The notes under the pieces: model-generated
What the model was told of the DNA's origin: nothing
The model's database searches: none
What the model saw: only the letters and a program-made list of their open reading frames with translations
Position numbers and translations under genes: made by a program
Assembly (NCBI GenBank): GCA_018398765.1
Contig: JAHBMJ010000068.1
Location: 62,001-126,000 of the forward strand
DNA: 64,000 bases
DNA from: Chromera velia
Lineage: Eukaryota
Direction of reading: 5' to 3'
Part shown: positions 1 to 14,689 of the stretch, piece by piece
Numbering within the stretch: position 1 is the first letter of the stretch
Layout: each line of letters opens with the position of its first letter

Positions 1-816
1 TTTGTGATCGACGTGAAGAGTCACCCAAGGAAACACAGCCTGTTTTTCAGCTTTCTGTGCAGCAAGAAAGGTTTCGGCAGCAATTCTGTGCACGTAAGCC
101 CATTTTTTGGTTTTTGAGCAGCCAACTCTAAGGTACCCTGTTTTCTTGTTGAGGGACCCTGCAGTCACCTTTCCTCGCGTGTCTTTGAGAAACCCATCTT
201 GCCGCACTTTCCACCCTGTGAGGGCGCCTTGGATTGGGTAGACTACAGGAACAAATTTGAGGGGAGCAATATCTGTCGCTGCACTCAAAAGGGTCTTCCT
301 TTCATCAGGCTCGCGTTGGGGAAATCGACTCAAAGCTCCAAACCAAGACCTTCCACTTGCCATAAGCCCTCCAGAAAGGCATTGACGAGATAAAGCTCTC
401 AACATTAGACTGAGGAAGCACTGAGCAAGTAGATCCGGAATCAAGACTGCGAAGCTTTGCTTACAACCGCACTTCGTGAACACTTTGCCTCAAGGGTTCG
501 GGACGCACTGTTGCAAGCCAGCTGCTCAGCCAATTGTAGCGTTGTTCAATCCTGGACCAGGAGTTTGACAGTTCTCACAAATGGATGTGGGACGAGTCTC
601 GGAGATGCTGGCAGCTTCCTCATGACGATGTGTCATATGTCAAAACGCGTGTCATGTCAGAATTGCAAACAGATGTATTAATATATATAACTTTATTATT
701 GTCTTCCACGTTGCATCGATCTCACGGACACGTAAAGATGAATCGATTGTCAGCTGGATCAAAGCAAACAAATTAATACAACGTACGTATTAAATTGCCA
801 TATACCTTTTCATAAA

Positions 817-970
817 CTGCATGTGTATATATATATACGTATATACGTATTAACACATCATGCAAGCATGCATGCAACACCATGCAACACCTCTGTAACC
901 ATGCAAACCCGCGGCCGCATGCAATTAACTTTTTTTTATCGATGAACAGCACGTACGGGTCTGCATGTCA
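817..970. promoter_or_regulatory. (T)GCATGC(A) motif cluster upstream of the CCDC180-like gene
   Basis: Several TGCATG/GCATGCA copies lie 360-510 bp upstream of ATG 1331. The motif is an established ApiAP2 binding site in apicomplexans. Confidence 0.5.
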
Positions 971-1330
971 TTTCCGCGCGCGCAATCCGCGCGCTCTCAC
1001 TTGTTTATTCTCACGTATAGTGACGTATATACAATTAATGAAAAGCCAAAAGGATGTTGCAACACATGGCTGGATTCCTTGATTGCCCCTGACCGTGCCA
1101 GACCATGCAAGTTTCTTCCCTCTACAAACTCTTGCTGCAGGACCCAGACAAGCCTCTCGTACCAGCTCTCGTAGCTGAAGATTTGAGAACAACACTTGAT
1201 CGTTTGGATAAGACAACAGCCTGTAAATTCAACCAAATTCGAAGGGTCGGGCACAAAACAGCCCTTACCGACCCCTCACTCACTGAACTTCCATAAGAAA
1301 TCCGTCGCTTTTCTTCCACCGGACGGCCAA

Positions 1331-2932
1331 ATGAAGTCTACAAAGGTCGGGGGTGGTCCCCCTTCTTTAAAGAAAGAGAAGGGGCAAACCACCAAAACCA
1401 AAAGCCCTCCTGCACCGTCACGCGCAGTAAGCTACAGACACGTCCCCACAGTGACAAGAGACCTGAAGGCACAAATCGCACAAAGTGAAAACTTTGGGAC
1501 CTCCTTCAAGAAAGAACGTTTTTTCCCGGAGCCCAACATCAAGATGGTGTCTTCAGAAACCCAGATGGCGGCTCTGGAGGCTGCGAAGAACGACCAAAAA
1601 TTTGCAGTGGATTGGAATATGGTCGCACGTCAGCTGGAGTCACACTCTGTCCTCGGGCTCCAAGAGAGTAAGGCACTCACTAGTGATCCGACAACCGGGG
1701 AGGCCCTGACGTGGAAGAAGAACCACGTGAAGTTCTTGCAAAGCCTCAAGGACCGACACGAGGAAGCTCTACAGGTACGTGTATAAGCTAAATGTATCCA
1801 TCGGTGTGGCTCGCTACCAACCCGTCTACCTTGTCCTAGAATCTGTTGCACGGTTTGATCATATTAGAGTGGTACGCCTGTCGACGAGGTGAAGCGCTCT
1901 TCGGAAGAATTTTGGAAAGGTGCAGGCGCATTTCTGACAGCGAGGTATGACTTTGTTCCGGCCTTATTTCTCGCTATCACCCGGGATTTTTTTGTTTGTT
2001 TGTTGTTTGTCTGTTCTACCGTCTAGCGCAAGCAGTCGCTGTCCCCTTCTTCAGCGACTGACAACCGAACTCCTTTGACGCAGTCAGAAGCTGAGCGACT
2101 GATTGTCCCCTGGAATGTTTCTTGATTGATTGAATCCACACATATATATATGTGGGCCTTTCCTCTTGATGCGATTTCTTTTTTCTGTGCTGGATATTTC
2201 GCAGACCTATCGAGAGACCGACAGACGCGTCACCTATGAGCTAGAGGACCGAATTGCGGAGGAAACGAAAAACGCGAAACGGGATCTCAGGCATAGAGGA
2301 GAGGAGTCCGACGAGTTGAACACAAAACTGTCGGAGGAAATCGCGACTTTGGGAGACAGGTCGGTCGGTCAGTCAGTAGGTCGGCTCGAGTTTCCAAATC
2401 GGGCTATCGAAAAGGAAATGTAAATTGAAGGGCATTTATTTGACTTGACTGTCTGCTTTGTGGCTCTCATCGATGGGAGTTTTTGGAGGTGCGATAAGAA
2501 CGGCGGCTGCTTCCGAATGCTGCAGAATAATTTCATGAAGAAAACACCGAAAAATTGAGAAATTTATATTTCTCCCCGTGTTTTTTTTCTGGATTTTTCG
2601 GTGCCCCCTTTAATGTTTCTACTTCGCACTTATCCTCCCACTCTCTCTTTCTGAGTCGTGCGCGCATACACATGTGTGTGTGAGAGAGAGGAGGGGGGGC
2701 GACGGACGGGGCCAAAAGGCGACAGAAAGAACAGTGCCTCTCCGTTTTTTATTGCAGAGACGAACGTTATCTTGTGGAGCGTTGGGAGAAAATCGAGGCA
2801 CCCCTTGAGGCCGCATCAAGAAGGATCGACGAGCTCGAGACCACTTTTGAAAACATCGAGACGGACAGACACAACAAGGCGATGCAGAGGCTGAAGGAAC
2901 TCTCTGACAAACTTACAGAGGTCAGATACTTC

Positions 2933-3030
<98 letters not shown>

Positions 3031-4466
3031 ATTATCTGCACGCATACGGAAGAAAGAGATGCAAAGAGACAGCTCGCACGTTCCTTCGACTGACAGTCAC
3101 CGATGTCAGGCATTGCATGAAACCAAGAAAGTCAGCAGGAAGAGCAGTGAGCCAGGGAAAACAAAAAAAGGCATATCGGATGGCAGGAAGCTGAGATAGA
3201 GGAGAGATAGAGACAAAGGAAGTAAAGCAGAGAAGACAGAGTGGAGACTGGAAATGTCCGTGGTGGTGATTGCTCTGTGCTCTCCTTTCACCTAAAATAG
3301 GGTCTTGGGTGAACATCATGCAATCTCCCTGCGTGTTTTTTTTCTGAACCCTTTCACTGCGCGCCGACGAAAAAAAGGATAGAGCAAGTGCCAAAAGAAG
3401 AAACAGAAAGACAAGAAGAAAGAAAAGAAGAGAACAAAATGCATGTATGCCTTCCTGCCAGTCAGGAAACATATTGTCTGTATGTCAGTCAGTCTGGCTT
3501 TCAACAAACGAGGGAAAGGAAAGGAATAGCTCGTTTTTCTGCCTCACCTTTCTGTGTGTCTGTCGGCCTGCCTGTCTGCGCGACCATCTATCAGCAGCAT
3601 AAGGGTGACCATCTACTCCTCCCTCTTTTTGATTCGAGTGATGGCGTGCAGATTAGTCACGTGATCCGGGCCGAGATGGAAAAGATCGTGACGGAGTTTG
3701 TGGAAAAATGCAACGTCCTCTCCGTACAACAGGTTGGTCGGTTTTTTCCGGATGGGCATGTAAGACTTCAGGGTACGTGCTCAGCTTCTGAGCATGAATT
3801 GGCAGAAACTCTGAAGAGACAGCGATTCTTTGCCTTATCACACAAACACCCCAGAGACAACAAAGAAAAGTTCTTCTGCTTGTGTCTCTCTTTGTGCGTG
3901 TCCGTCCCTGCGAGTCTGAACAAGTGCGTGCACGTAAGTGTAGGAGTTGTCTCTCGCTTTCCCTCTCTCCCCTCTCTATGCGTGCGTGTGCTCTCACCAT
4001 AGGTATGTATATATAAGCGTATGTGCTTGTGGCTGAGTGAGATTTGATGCAGAGGAAAGCCCACGCCTCTCTGATCTTCCGATTGAGAGAAGAGAACGCA
4101 AAGGCGCGCCGAGTGGCCAGACGAAGATGGGAAGTCTCCTTTGACGAGTGGAAGGCTCACAGGCACAGGTGGGTTCAGCCAGGAGGAAAAAGGGGAGAGA
4201 GCAGGCACAGGGGCCAGTCGCTTGAAGGCTGAGAAGACGCAGAGAGAGATGAGTCGAGAAGGTCAAGGCGGGGATATTCAGGTAGACTCACATCACGAGA
4301 AGCAGGCAGAGAAGCGTGAATGGAAGGGGAGGGAAGGGAAGACATACGAGTCCCGCGGCGTTGCGTGAGGCTTCTTCGTACACGCAAACACTTTTCGGAT
4401 GACCTTTTGTTCTTCCCCATTTTTCACATTGATGTGTCTCACAATGGACAGTTGTTGCTGAGCACA

Positions 4467-4502
<36 letters not shown>

Positions 4503-7500
4503 ACACACACACACACAGAGCATACACAGAGATAGGTATCCCAAGAGGCGAGGCAGCGAAACAGAAAGACACTTCAGATGCAGATAGACAGACAGACCGT
4601 CTGGCCACCAACTCTTTTCACATGTCCGTTGGCTATTCCTTTCTGTCTGTCTATGCGTCTTACCGTCTAATATTGTCTCTGTCTGTGTCTGTCTGCAGGT
4701 TTACCCTGGAGGTGTTCCTGGATCGTGTGACGAATGGGCCCGAGTTTCGTCAGCCTCCGAAGATTTTGGAACTCTTCGACCGAGTGAGAGACGCCCAGAG
4801 GCTGACTTGGGAAGGACGTTTAAAGATTTTGGAGGAATTGTTTGACGCCCCCACGCTCACTTGGACAGGACCTTCTTCGGATCCGGCGACGATGGACAGG
4901 AAGACGGGAGACACGATCGCTCTTGCAATGGCATCCGCAAGGGCAGAGAAGGAAAGCAAGAGCAAGAGCAAAAAAGACACCGGAGATGCACAGCAGGGAC
5001 CGACCGCGACGGGAGATGGAGAGGGGGCAGAGGAGCAAAAAAAGAAAATCGATTTTGAGTTGAAGCCACAGCAGGACTCTGTCTTTTCTCTTCCCTTTGC
5101 CCAGCGTCTGAAGGCCTCTGTTGAACGTCTGACGGGTTTCCATGATCAAACTCAGGATTCTTTCGACCTTCTTCTCGCTGTGGAGCTCCGGGATGTCAGA
5201 GAAGAGGTCGGTCAGCCTGGCTCTCTTTATCCATGCGCTGTGTAAGTCGTCTGTTGAAAACATCCTGCAAATCAAAGTCTGGTATTCTGTGCTCTCTGGC
5301 GAATGATCGACTGATTTTGAGAGACATTGGAAAAGATCTCATGAAGGCAGGTTGTTGTAGACCGATTTCTCTTTGTTGGCGAGCGACTTTCGTGCGGAGT
5401 TTGAATGGCCATATGAAGAAAGGGGAACTAGCCCATGAAACACTCTGGGGACCACCAGCCCATGAAACACTCTGGGGACCACCAGAGCAAGACTGTTCGA
5501 GGGCGTGTATATTTTGTGGACGGCAGCCAGCATTTTGTACGCATCGATCCTCTGTATGTTCCAGCATTGATTGTCTGATTCGTTGTCGGTTGGTTTGTTG
5601 GTTGACTGACTGATTGAATAATGGGTTGCTTGATTCGTTGATTGCGGCTGCAGGTCGGCGTGCTGGGTGACGCTCTGATCAAAGAGCTTGCAGAGAATCT
5701 GCAGGCAGTGGGGGCAACGGGGGAGTGGAAAGATCACCCTGATGCAGCATCGCTTGTGGAGGCAGACGTTCGGCCTGTCGTCTCGAAGCTTCTGGGGAAG
5801 GTCGACGCTGCAATCCTCAGAGCGGGATCTCTCCTCCAGGTAGGGGGCGGGGGGGGGGCGCGCTGGATTCGTCTGAATGTATGTGGATGGGTCGATAAAT
5901 GATTGAAATGATTGAATGAGATGGTGGAAGGATGAGTGACTGGCGAAGAATGAAAATGACATTCTCTCTAGCCAGCACTTCACGTGTGCATGTGCGCCGT
6001 TCTGCCCCCAGCATGCTATTCTTGCATGTGCTCTCAACGTCCCTTTCGCATACAAACATTCAAAAACACAAACGCACTGCAGACGCAAGAGGACAACCAG
6101 CAGAGAGCAGCGGAGGCGTGCGTCAAGTGGATGCAAACAGTTGAGGCTGCTGTCAGAGCGGCCCAAACGGAAACCCGGCGTATCCAAGAGAACCAGGCAA
6201 TGGAGACTGACGACGAAGAGTGGAGACACGGACAGGAGGTGGAGGCACATGAAGCGGGATTACAAAAACTGAGAGAGTCAGTTGGAGATAGATGCGTGAA
6301 TGCGCAGAGACCAAAAGAAAAGAAAAGACCACAGGATTGTGTGGGCAGGCGCGAGGAGGTTAATTGACTTTCTCAGATGATTGAATGAAACGGTGGATCA
6401 ACCGTTAGAAGGCAGAGGGGCGTTCATTTATTTCTGGAGGGCGGGAGACTTTTCGACACCTCCTTTCTTGCAATTCACCTCACGTGACTGGACTGAAGCT
6501 CCACGATTGGCATTGTGTGGGAACGGGCTGACAAGTCTCATGCAGTGTACATGAAAACGATCGATAATTGTGCAGCCGTTTGGTGTGAAATCTCTCCGAG
6601 GCTCACAAATCCTTCACTGCATATAATCAACATGCCTACCTGTTTGCTGCTCTCTCCGCTCCCCCCGCCCTCTTCCTCCTCCTACTGCCGCTGCCTTACT
6701 GAATCTATCTATGCATGCATGCAGGGAAATTTCAGAGGCCTTGGACGACGAGCAGGTCGATGCGCTCCTTGAGAAGACCCTCGGAGCCCTGAAGCCCCTC
6801 GAGCAGTGCTACGCGGCCTTCGCAACGAACTTCGAGGCCCAACACGCGCAATTCCCCAACACTCTCAGAGACCACTTCGACCGCCATGCAGATGCCCTTG
6901 CAGCACCTTTCGGCATGCGTCACACGAAGGTTTTGGAACTCGAGGAACTCCGAAAGAAGGAAGAGGCGGAGAAAGCCGAGGCAGAGGCGCAGGCAGAGGC
7001 CGCGGCTGCCGGAGGGAAGGCGGGAGGAGGGGCAAAAGGGGGGAAGCCTTCAACGCCTCCCAAGGGCAAGGACAAAAAAGGAGCAGCAGAGCCCCCCCCT
7101 GAGGAGGTCCCTCCTGAGCCTGAAAAACGAAAGTGAGTCAGTCAGTCAGTCAGTGAAGAGAGCATATGACTGGATGGATGGATAACTGATTCCTTTGTGA
7201 CTGTCTGACTGACAGATCGATTGGTTGGGTCTTGCATTTCAGGCAGGAAGCCGCAAAGCAATGGAAAAATGAGTCAGCCTGTAGTGATTCCATTATCATG
7301 CAGCCATCCGAAGAGGTGCAGTAGACAAGGAATAACGATTGGTTCGCTCTGTCTGTCTCTCTCTCGGATGTGTCTAGCTCTTCTTGACTGTGCATGCCTG
7401 CACTTGGTCTCCGTCCTTTGAATTCTGCTCACTCCATGTGACAGGGCCGTCCTTTCCGCTTTGGTCGTTTCGTCGCAGAATGATCGCCTTGTGAATGTAG

Positions 7501-8275
7501 ACAACTGGGCTCTCTCTTTGAGAGTAAATCCTGCAGAGCAGCGGTCATATGAATATTCTTGTTTTGTAGCTTTTGGCTTTGATCTTTTCAATTGTCATCA
7601 GGGTGCGGCAAATGTATACTGGGGGAGCACTGCGCTAACCGACGAGCATGCAAGTATCCATTTGCATCGGTGGGAACAAACTGGGCACCTCTATGCATTG
7701 TATGAATTGATGGTGTGTGTCCTGTATCCTAAAGCACATCCTTCTCTCTCAATATGCACCGACGTCGCTGCAGAGTGACGGACGAAGACGGGTCGGAATT
7801 TGTCGTCCAGCGGGAGATGGAAGAAGTAGTAGCGGACTTCCTCGCACCCCCAAGGCCTCCAGAGACAGCGGAAGCAGAAGGGGAGGAGAAACCTCCAACA
7901 CCCCCTCCTGCCCCCGCAGGAAAAAAAGGTGCGCCCCCCCCTCCCCCTCCAGCCGAGGCAGAGGCACCCCCGGAGGAAACGGAGCCGCCGGAGCCTGAGA
8001 CAGCGGAACTCGACGGTATCCCTCTTGTGGAGGAGAGAAACATCACAGCAGACTGGCTACTCTCCAGTGTCGCCTCCTTATACGACAAGCTGTCTGCGTT
8101 TGTTCGTCGCATTCGTTGTGCGAACGTCGAACAGGCTGAGGCGATCCATAAGAGAGAGGCAGAAGCGCTCTCTGTCCAGCTGGATGAGAGGCTCAGACGG
8201 TCAGGAAGCCTGCCTGTCTGTCTGTCAGTCTCTCTGTCAGTCTGTCTGTCTGTCTGTCAGTCTGTCAGTCTGTCA

Positions 8276-8310
<35 letters not shown>

Positions 8311-8361
8311 CGAAAGAAAGGAAGCGATTCGGAAAAAGTGAAGTGAAGAAAAGACAATATA

Positions 8362-8396
<35 letters not shown>

Positions 8397-11300
8397 AGTC
8401 TGTCTGTCAGTCAGTCTGTCTGTCTGTCAGTCTGTCTGTCAGTCTGTCTGTCAGTCTGTCTGTCTGTCAGTCTGTCTGTCTGTCAGTCTGTCAGTCTGTC
8501 TGTCTGTCAGTCTGTCTGTCTGTCTGTCAGTCAGTCTGTCTGTCTGTCTGTCTGTCAGTCTGTCTGTCTGTCTGTCTGTCAGTCAGTCTGTCTGCCTGTC
8601 TGTCTGTCTGTCAGTCTGTCTGTCTGTCTGTCAGTCTGTCTGTCAGTCTGTCTGTCTGTCTGTCAGTCTGTCATCCCCCACCGAGCTTCCACGCATGACC
8701 AAGAGCATTAAAACCCGTCCCCTTCAGAACAGGAATCCTGAGAGAGAGAAGAGGTTCTGGAGAAGGTTTTCGGCCCCACCAGCACCGTCGCTCTTTCGGT
8801 ATGGGACTTTGAGAGTTTCGTTACCGCCGAAAGCGTCCTCCCGCAAGATACGAAGACACAGCATCAGAAGAATCCCCCTCCGCAGGAGCGCCCCCCCACC
8901 GCCCCACCCCTGTCTAAAGACCATGACGGTGCCGGTCCCCGCATGCAGTTCTGTTTCTTTTTTTCTTGTTTTGTTTTTTGTTTTTTGAATTTTTTTGTCT
9001 TGTCTTCTTTTCTTCTCTTTCTTGTCTTGAGTGGAAGCAGCAGAGGAGTAGCGTGTGAAACCAGTGATCACGTGAAAGTCTATCGGGAGGTGGAGAGGCA
9101 AGGGGCGCTTAACTCTCACCTTTCGGGCCCCCTGCCCACGCTGTTTGATTGTTGGTGCTGTTCTTTTGTCTTTGTTCTTTCTTCCTTTTGTCTGTGGTGT
9201 TCATGAAGAAAAAGAGGGAGAAGAAGAGGAAACATAGTCTGTCTGTCTGTCTGTCAACTCCATCAAATGACGACAAAATCGATAGAGGCAACCTGTTGGA
9301 ACAAATCGCGTGATAAAGAAATGAAGACTCCAATGGTCTTTTGGACATTTCGTGTTCTGTCCGGATGAATGCAACATCGGTGGCAAGTGCCTTACCGCCG
9401 CACCTTTGTTCCAATGCAGTTGTCCCGTGCGATCTTCTTTGACTCTGTCTTTCTTTCTTTCAATGCAAACGCTTTGAAGGCCGTCCGTCGATGGCGGCGC
9501 GCATGAAGGCCGTCCATGTATGCGTGGAAGCACCACATGCGTGCTGATTGTTTCTGTCTGTCTCCTTGACTGCATGACTGTACTCGATGAATGCAGACAC
9601 GTGAATCGGCCGGGCACGATCCAGCAAGAGTGGGTGAAGCCGCGAAGGAGAGAGATTGCAGAACACAGAAAAAGGTTGGCACCTACTTGGACGGGGACCA
9701 TTTGGAATATTCTAGCTCCGCAGTGCATCTCTCTTACTCCATCTTTCCTTTTCTTTGTTCACCTTCCGTGCAACGGTGCTGGACGCTGATACTGTTTTTT
9801 CCCTTAATTTGCATCTCCCAGAAACGAGTTCTTTGATCACGAAAAGGCAGGGGCTTTTTTTTTCTTCATTTTCCTTTGAAGGGTCCTTGCGTCCGACTCC
9901 TCTCTCTTTTTGGATGTCCTGCTGAGTTGGGAGGCGATCATCACCTTCTCTTTCTTTCCCTTGTATGTCAAAAATGCATACACAATTCGTCGTCTGTGAA
10001 ATGCGAGCAGACGCAGAGTCATACAGATACATAAACATACATAAACATACACACACATATACGCACATACATACGTATGCATCATGAATGGTGCTGATCA
10101 GGTACGAGCGTCACCTCCTGTCTCTTCTGGAGAGAAACAAACAGAAGAGAGACAGAGCCGCAGAGGCTGTCGAGGAGATCAAAAAACTCGAGGAGAAGAT
10201 GCGGGCATCTCTGGAGTCTCTCACAGAGTCTCTGCCTGCTTGTGCGGCCCTTGCCCCTCTCAACGCACGCATGACAGAGGCCAAAGAGGCTAAGCGCATC
10301 TTCCACGCCTCCGTCCGTCCCCTGCTGCAGCTGCTCGAGGACGCGGCAGGCCCCGCCATTGAGCAGCTGAAAGCAGCAAACACAGAATTCCTCGCGGCCG
10401 CACGAAGACAGCCCGACGTGTCACCCTGTGAAGTTGACTTCTTTTCCGAGGAACTGTCAGGGTTCGACTCCTCTCTTGACGAGACGGCAGTCGAAAGAGC
10501 GGCTGTGTTGGAGGAAATGAGGGCACTCGTGGCTTCTGTCGACGCTGCGGATGGAGAGGGGGGAGCGGGAGCGGAGCCGTCTCCGTTCAGGGCGTTTGAG
10601 AAGTCTCATGCCGAGGCTGTGGAAAGTCTGTGCGCCCGTGAGGGACTTGGACAGAAGCACGGTGCCCCCAGACGGCAGGTGCAAGAAAAGATTCGCACTT
10701 TGATGTCCAAGTTCGTCGGGGCACTCAGAGGCCTCCGGGGGTTTGTGAGAAGGTACTCGCAACTGGGGGAAACCGACTCTGAGGATGCCATCAGGTCAGT
10801 CAGTTGATCATCAGTGCCAAACAAGAGGTTGAACGAAGATCTTATGAACACAAACAGATGCATTATGTATGTGTGCACGTGCTCATAAGTATGCGATGAA
10901 GCGCCCGACAGATGCTCAACTCTCAAGAATTCTGTTCGATCATTTCGGTGACCTTTTCTGTCTGACCACCTTCCTTCTTGCATACGCTACATGATTGGAG
11001 AGCATGCAGGTATGTGATGACGGGGAGGAAGCACGACTTTGCGGCTGAAGAGACGATGGAAGAGGCCCTAGCACTAGGTTGGGCAACCCCAGAGACGCTG
11101 TCCCTTTCCAGACCGCTTGGAGGCTCAGGGCCCGGAACGTCGACACGGAAAAGCGCCCTCCGAGTTGACGAAGACAGGGGACTTCTAGAGACGCGTTCCG
11201 GGTCTCAACTACGTGAGCGTGGGGCGCTGCCCCTGGCTGCCGAGCTACGCGGTATGACATTTTTCCTTGCAGAGTTCGTTCGAGTCATTTGCCGTCAGCT

Positions 11301-13327
11301 GCAGAGTTTGAAGGCAGATGCGATCAAGGACCGATTTGGGGTGAAAGATGGGCAGCCCGGATTGATGTCGTGTGTCACGTTAGTGAGTGAGGACTTGATG
11401 TTGTTGAGTGAGGAGAAGAAAGAGGGGGAGGGGGTGGACGAAGAAAGGAGAGAGGTCTTGCGACTTCAGGCCGATCTATTTGAGGGCGTCCGGTTCCGTC
11501 TCCTCGGGGGCATCCAGGCCGATCTCTCACCAGACCTTCCGACAGCCGTTGAAGAAATTGACCAGGAGGCAAAAAAACAATTCAACGGAAAAGAACTTCC
11601 CGATTTCCTTTCCTCCTTCTTGGCCCAAGTCAGTGATTTTGTGAGATTCTATTCTCAGATGCTTGTGTCCTGTTTTTCGAGGGTCTGTCTGTTCCAACAT
11701 CTGTCAGTCCATCGGCTTATCTGTCTGCCTCTGTCATATTTTTTTTACTGTTCTCAAGCTTCTTTCTGTGGGGTCTTTTCACTCTCCCTCTCTACGCCCA
11801 TGCACTCCGCACAAAGGCCAATTCCCCTGTCGAGAAGGATAGATTCAAGAGCCGAAGCACGAATGCGCTCTTCACGAATGTAGACATGATTGACTTCATA
11901 AACCTGTGCATAGGTAAAGGAATGTATGGTCAGACGAGTGCGCGAGTGAATGAGTGAGCGAGTAAATGAATGGATGGATGAATGAGAAGGCACCCGAATA
12001 GAAGACGAATGAATAAATGAGAGGCGAAATGCATGTGTGTACAGGTCCGCGTCTCTGCCGAGTCCGAGAGAAAGAAGATGGCTCGGGATATTTTCGTTCT
12101 CTCCCGTCTCCTCAGACTTCCTGATGGCCCATTGACGAGGGCTTCAGCCTCTCTCTTTAAAGAATTGCAGCAGAGGAGGCAGGCGCAGATGATCTCAAAC
12201 ATAGCCGGACTTCGAGCTGAGATCGATGCCCTCTTCGAACAGACGATGACCGAAAGAAGTGCCAATGAGAGACAAATGACACCAGCACTCGCAAATCCCA
12301 ACAAAGCTGCAAAACTCGAGGCCTTGTGTGCACAGGTGAGTGTGAGCTCAAGTACAGCTGAACTTTCGTTGACGTCTCTCTGAGATAATTCTATTAGAGA
12401 TCCTCAGTGCACAAGAATTTTTGTGGATGAGTATGGGACAGTAGAACCGATGGACGGAATGTTTTTCGACCTTTACTCCTGCCCCGGGCATTTGATCGAG
12501 ATTCTTTTGTTCTCTCCTTGCAGGAGCGGGAACGAGCTGAGAAGTCGACTGAGCGTCTGAGAGACTCCTTCTTCCGAACACGGCAAGCTCTCAGAGCGGC
12601 CGCACGGCAGATTCACGTCGAGTGCACGTCCCACTTCGTCGCTCTCCTCCAGGCGATTGACGCCATACCTCTGCCCACCCACTTTGACCCCATCAGCGTG
12701 GGAGAGGATCCGGAGGTGATGGCTGCGGTGCCGCAGGAGTTACCCGACAAGTCCTGGGCCCCCCTATCTCTGGCAGACCTTGCTTTGCCCTCAGGTTGGA
12801 CTTCCTGGCAACCACAGCAGAATGACCAGGAGAAGGAGGAAAAGGGGGGGGTAGAAGAGCAAAAGAAGCAGGCACAGGCACCACAGCAGAAGGAGAAAGC
12901 TGCCGAAGGGAGCGGGGAGGGAGAGACCGGGATTTCTGAGGAGGAGGCACAAGAGATTCGGGACCGTGAGCTTGAGGAGACGGCCTTGAAGGAAGCAGCA
13001 GAGCGTGCAACAACGATAACATCGAAGCAGTCTGTTTTGCACAAGGCAGTTTTTAAAAGCCGCAATGAGGCTTTTCTCCAGTTCAAATCCCGACTTCTCC
13101 AAGAAGCTGCAGCTGCGCTCTCCCGTCTCTCTCAGATGAGATCTGCAGAGTTGGCGCTTGCAGGCAGCTGGGCGAAGATGCACTCCCAGCTTCTGGAGGC
13201 AGCAGCAGCAGAGGAGGACAGCGATGGCGAGGGCACATCGAAAAAGAAAGAGCCTCCACCGATTGAAGAGACGGAAAAACAACCCGAACCCCCCGCAACC
13301 GCAGGCAAAGGGGCAAAAAAAAAGTAA
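1331..13327 (+). CDS. CCDC180: CCDC180/CFAP76-like coiled-coil cilia/flagella-associated protein (DUF4455 + DUF4456 type), 15 exons, ~1721 aa
   Basis: Exons: 1331-1774, 2205-2359, 2758-2920, 3652-3732, 4053-4168, 4699-5206, 5654-5839, 6083-6276, 6725-7132, 7774-8199, 9597-9674, 10102-10794, 11010-11628, 12045-12335, 12524-13327. All are GT-AG and phase-consistent (5166 nt). Segments such as [58 protein letters not shown] and [31 protein letters not shown] follow my recollection of CCDC180 in order. The protein also has KGGK/KKGA-PPP low-complexity linkers typical of flagellar proteins. Confidence 0.82.
3044..3142. repeat. Dispersed ~100-bp intronic repeat next to (GA)n, copy 1
   Basis: ATAC(G/A)GAAGAAAGAGATGCAAAGAGACAG..CACGTTCCTTCGACTGACAGTCACCGAT..GCATTGCATGAAACCAA.AAAGTCAGCAGGAA is also present at 59930-60027. 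Confidence 0.85.
5430..5485. repeat. 27-bp unit perfect tandem duplication in an intron
   Basis: AGCCCATGAAACACTCTGGGGACCACC x2. Confidence 0.9.
8210..8672. repeat. Intronic (TCTG/TCAG)n microsatellite
   Basis: Directly visible tetranucleotide array in CCDC180 intron 10, with one short interruption. Confidence 0.95.
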
Positions 13328-14689
13328 TGAGACCATTGAAGGACAAATGGAAAGCTGAGTGATCGACATAATATATAAGCAACATATAGAATTTTATCAA
13401 ACATTAACACGTGACACCAATTATAATCAAGCAAAAAAAACTTAGAACCTTTAGCAATTCAGGCTGATATTAGAAAGGTGTGTTTCAAAGGTCCTTTTTA
13501 TAATGGTATACAATGGTGCGACAAAATTTTAATAAAACTTTCTTTTACTGCACGTTATTCACTTTTACTGCACGTTGTTTATAATTTTACTTACAGTTTT
13601 GATATTGATATATATAATTATTGAAAGATGTACATAACACGGTGTACAAAAATCTAAATAATACTAATAATATTTTAATAATTGTACGTATCGAATGGTA
13701 CTTATTCTACTGCTCGTTCTGAAATAAAAGGCGTGAACGAGTATTATTTACTAAAATTCAAGAGCTTGAAAAATTAATTTTTCTCTGACAATTACTATAG
13801 TAAAAAAAAATAAATTGATTGATTGATACAAATGCTGATATACTATATATAGATACATGTATCCGTTACGTAACTCCAATTAAGTGGAGGTCGATCAAGT
13901 TACTAAAAAACATCTTGTTCACTTTAATTTACAATATCTAAAGAATTAAGCATATGTCTGGTTTCATCTTATTATGTTCAAAAGCAAAATGAACCACTAG
14001 TTTGGCACTAGATGAACCAAGCGAATGCTGGTCACTAAACATATTATATAAGGCAGTGTCGTAAAAAAAATTTAAAATTTAAATTTTAAAATGTCGAATT
14101 TTTGTGAACAGACTCAACACTGAAGCAAGAAAGCGCCACAGTGCGTGCCCTGCCATTGCCATCATGTAATCGGACTGCTCTGTCAGTGTTCTTTATCAGT
14201 ATTCAAGTTAATAACCTAGTTAATAACAGTTTCTTTCTCCTCCCTCTGTACTTGATCTGGCTGGTGAGAGTAACCATACTCTTTCCTTCATCGTGTTCAC
14301 TTCCTGACATCAAGTGCGACTACCTGCCTCTTTGGCGATCTTTATAGAGTTGCCATGTGCAGCAATCCACCATTCCGAATTTGTTTTTCCAAGGAGAAGA
14401 AGAAGGGAAGAGGTGACAGACCTTGTGACAGACAGAAGAGAAAACAAGACGGAAGCAGCAATCAGTCACTTGGCCAGGCGCTGGCCCGCTACAAACGAGA
14501 AGGAAGGAAAAGTCTTACCCGGAGCGCAAACATGCAAGATGCTGCTGGAAGGATACAATTAATTTGTAAGCGTACAGATGGAGAAGCAGACAAAAAGAAT
14601 CCGTAGACACAAAAGAATCGTTGACGGACGGAATTACTGTCTAGAAACAAAGGACGAAAGTAGACAGTAAGTTCTTTGAACTTTGTCCC

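Noticed and set aside
1..780. Short ORFs at the window start and at 63000-64000
   Set aside because: No recognisable motifs or consistent exon structure. They may be UTRs or element ends continuing outside the window.
7929..8711. 260-aa ORF with SVCL repeats (and similar SQSV ORFs at 23101-23781)
   Set aside because: Read-through of (TCTG)n/(GACT)n intronic microsatellites.
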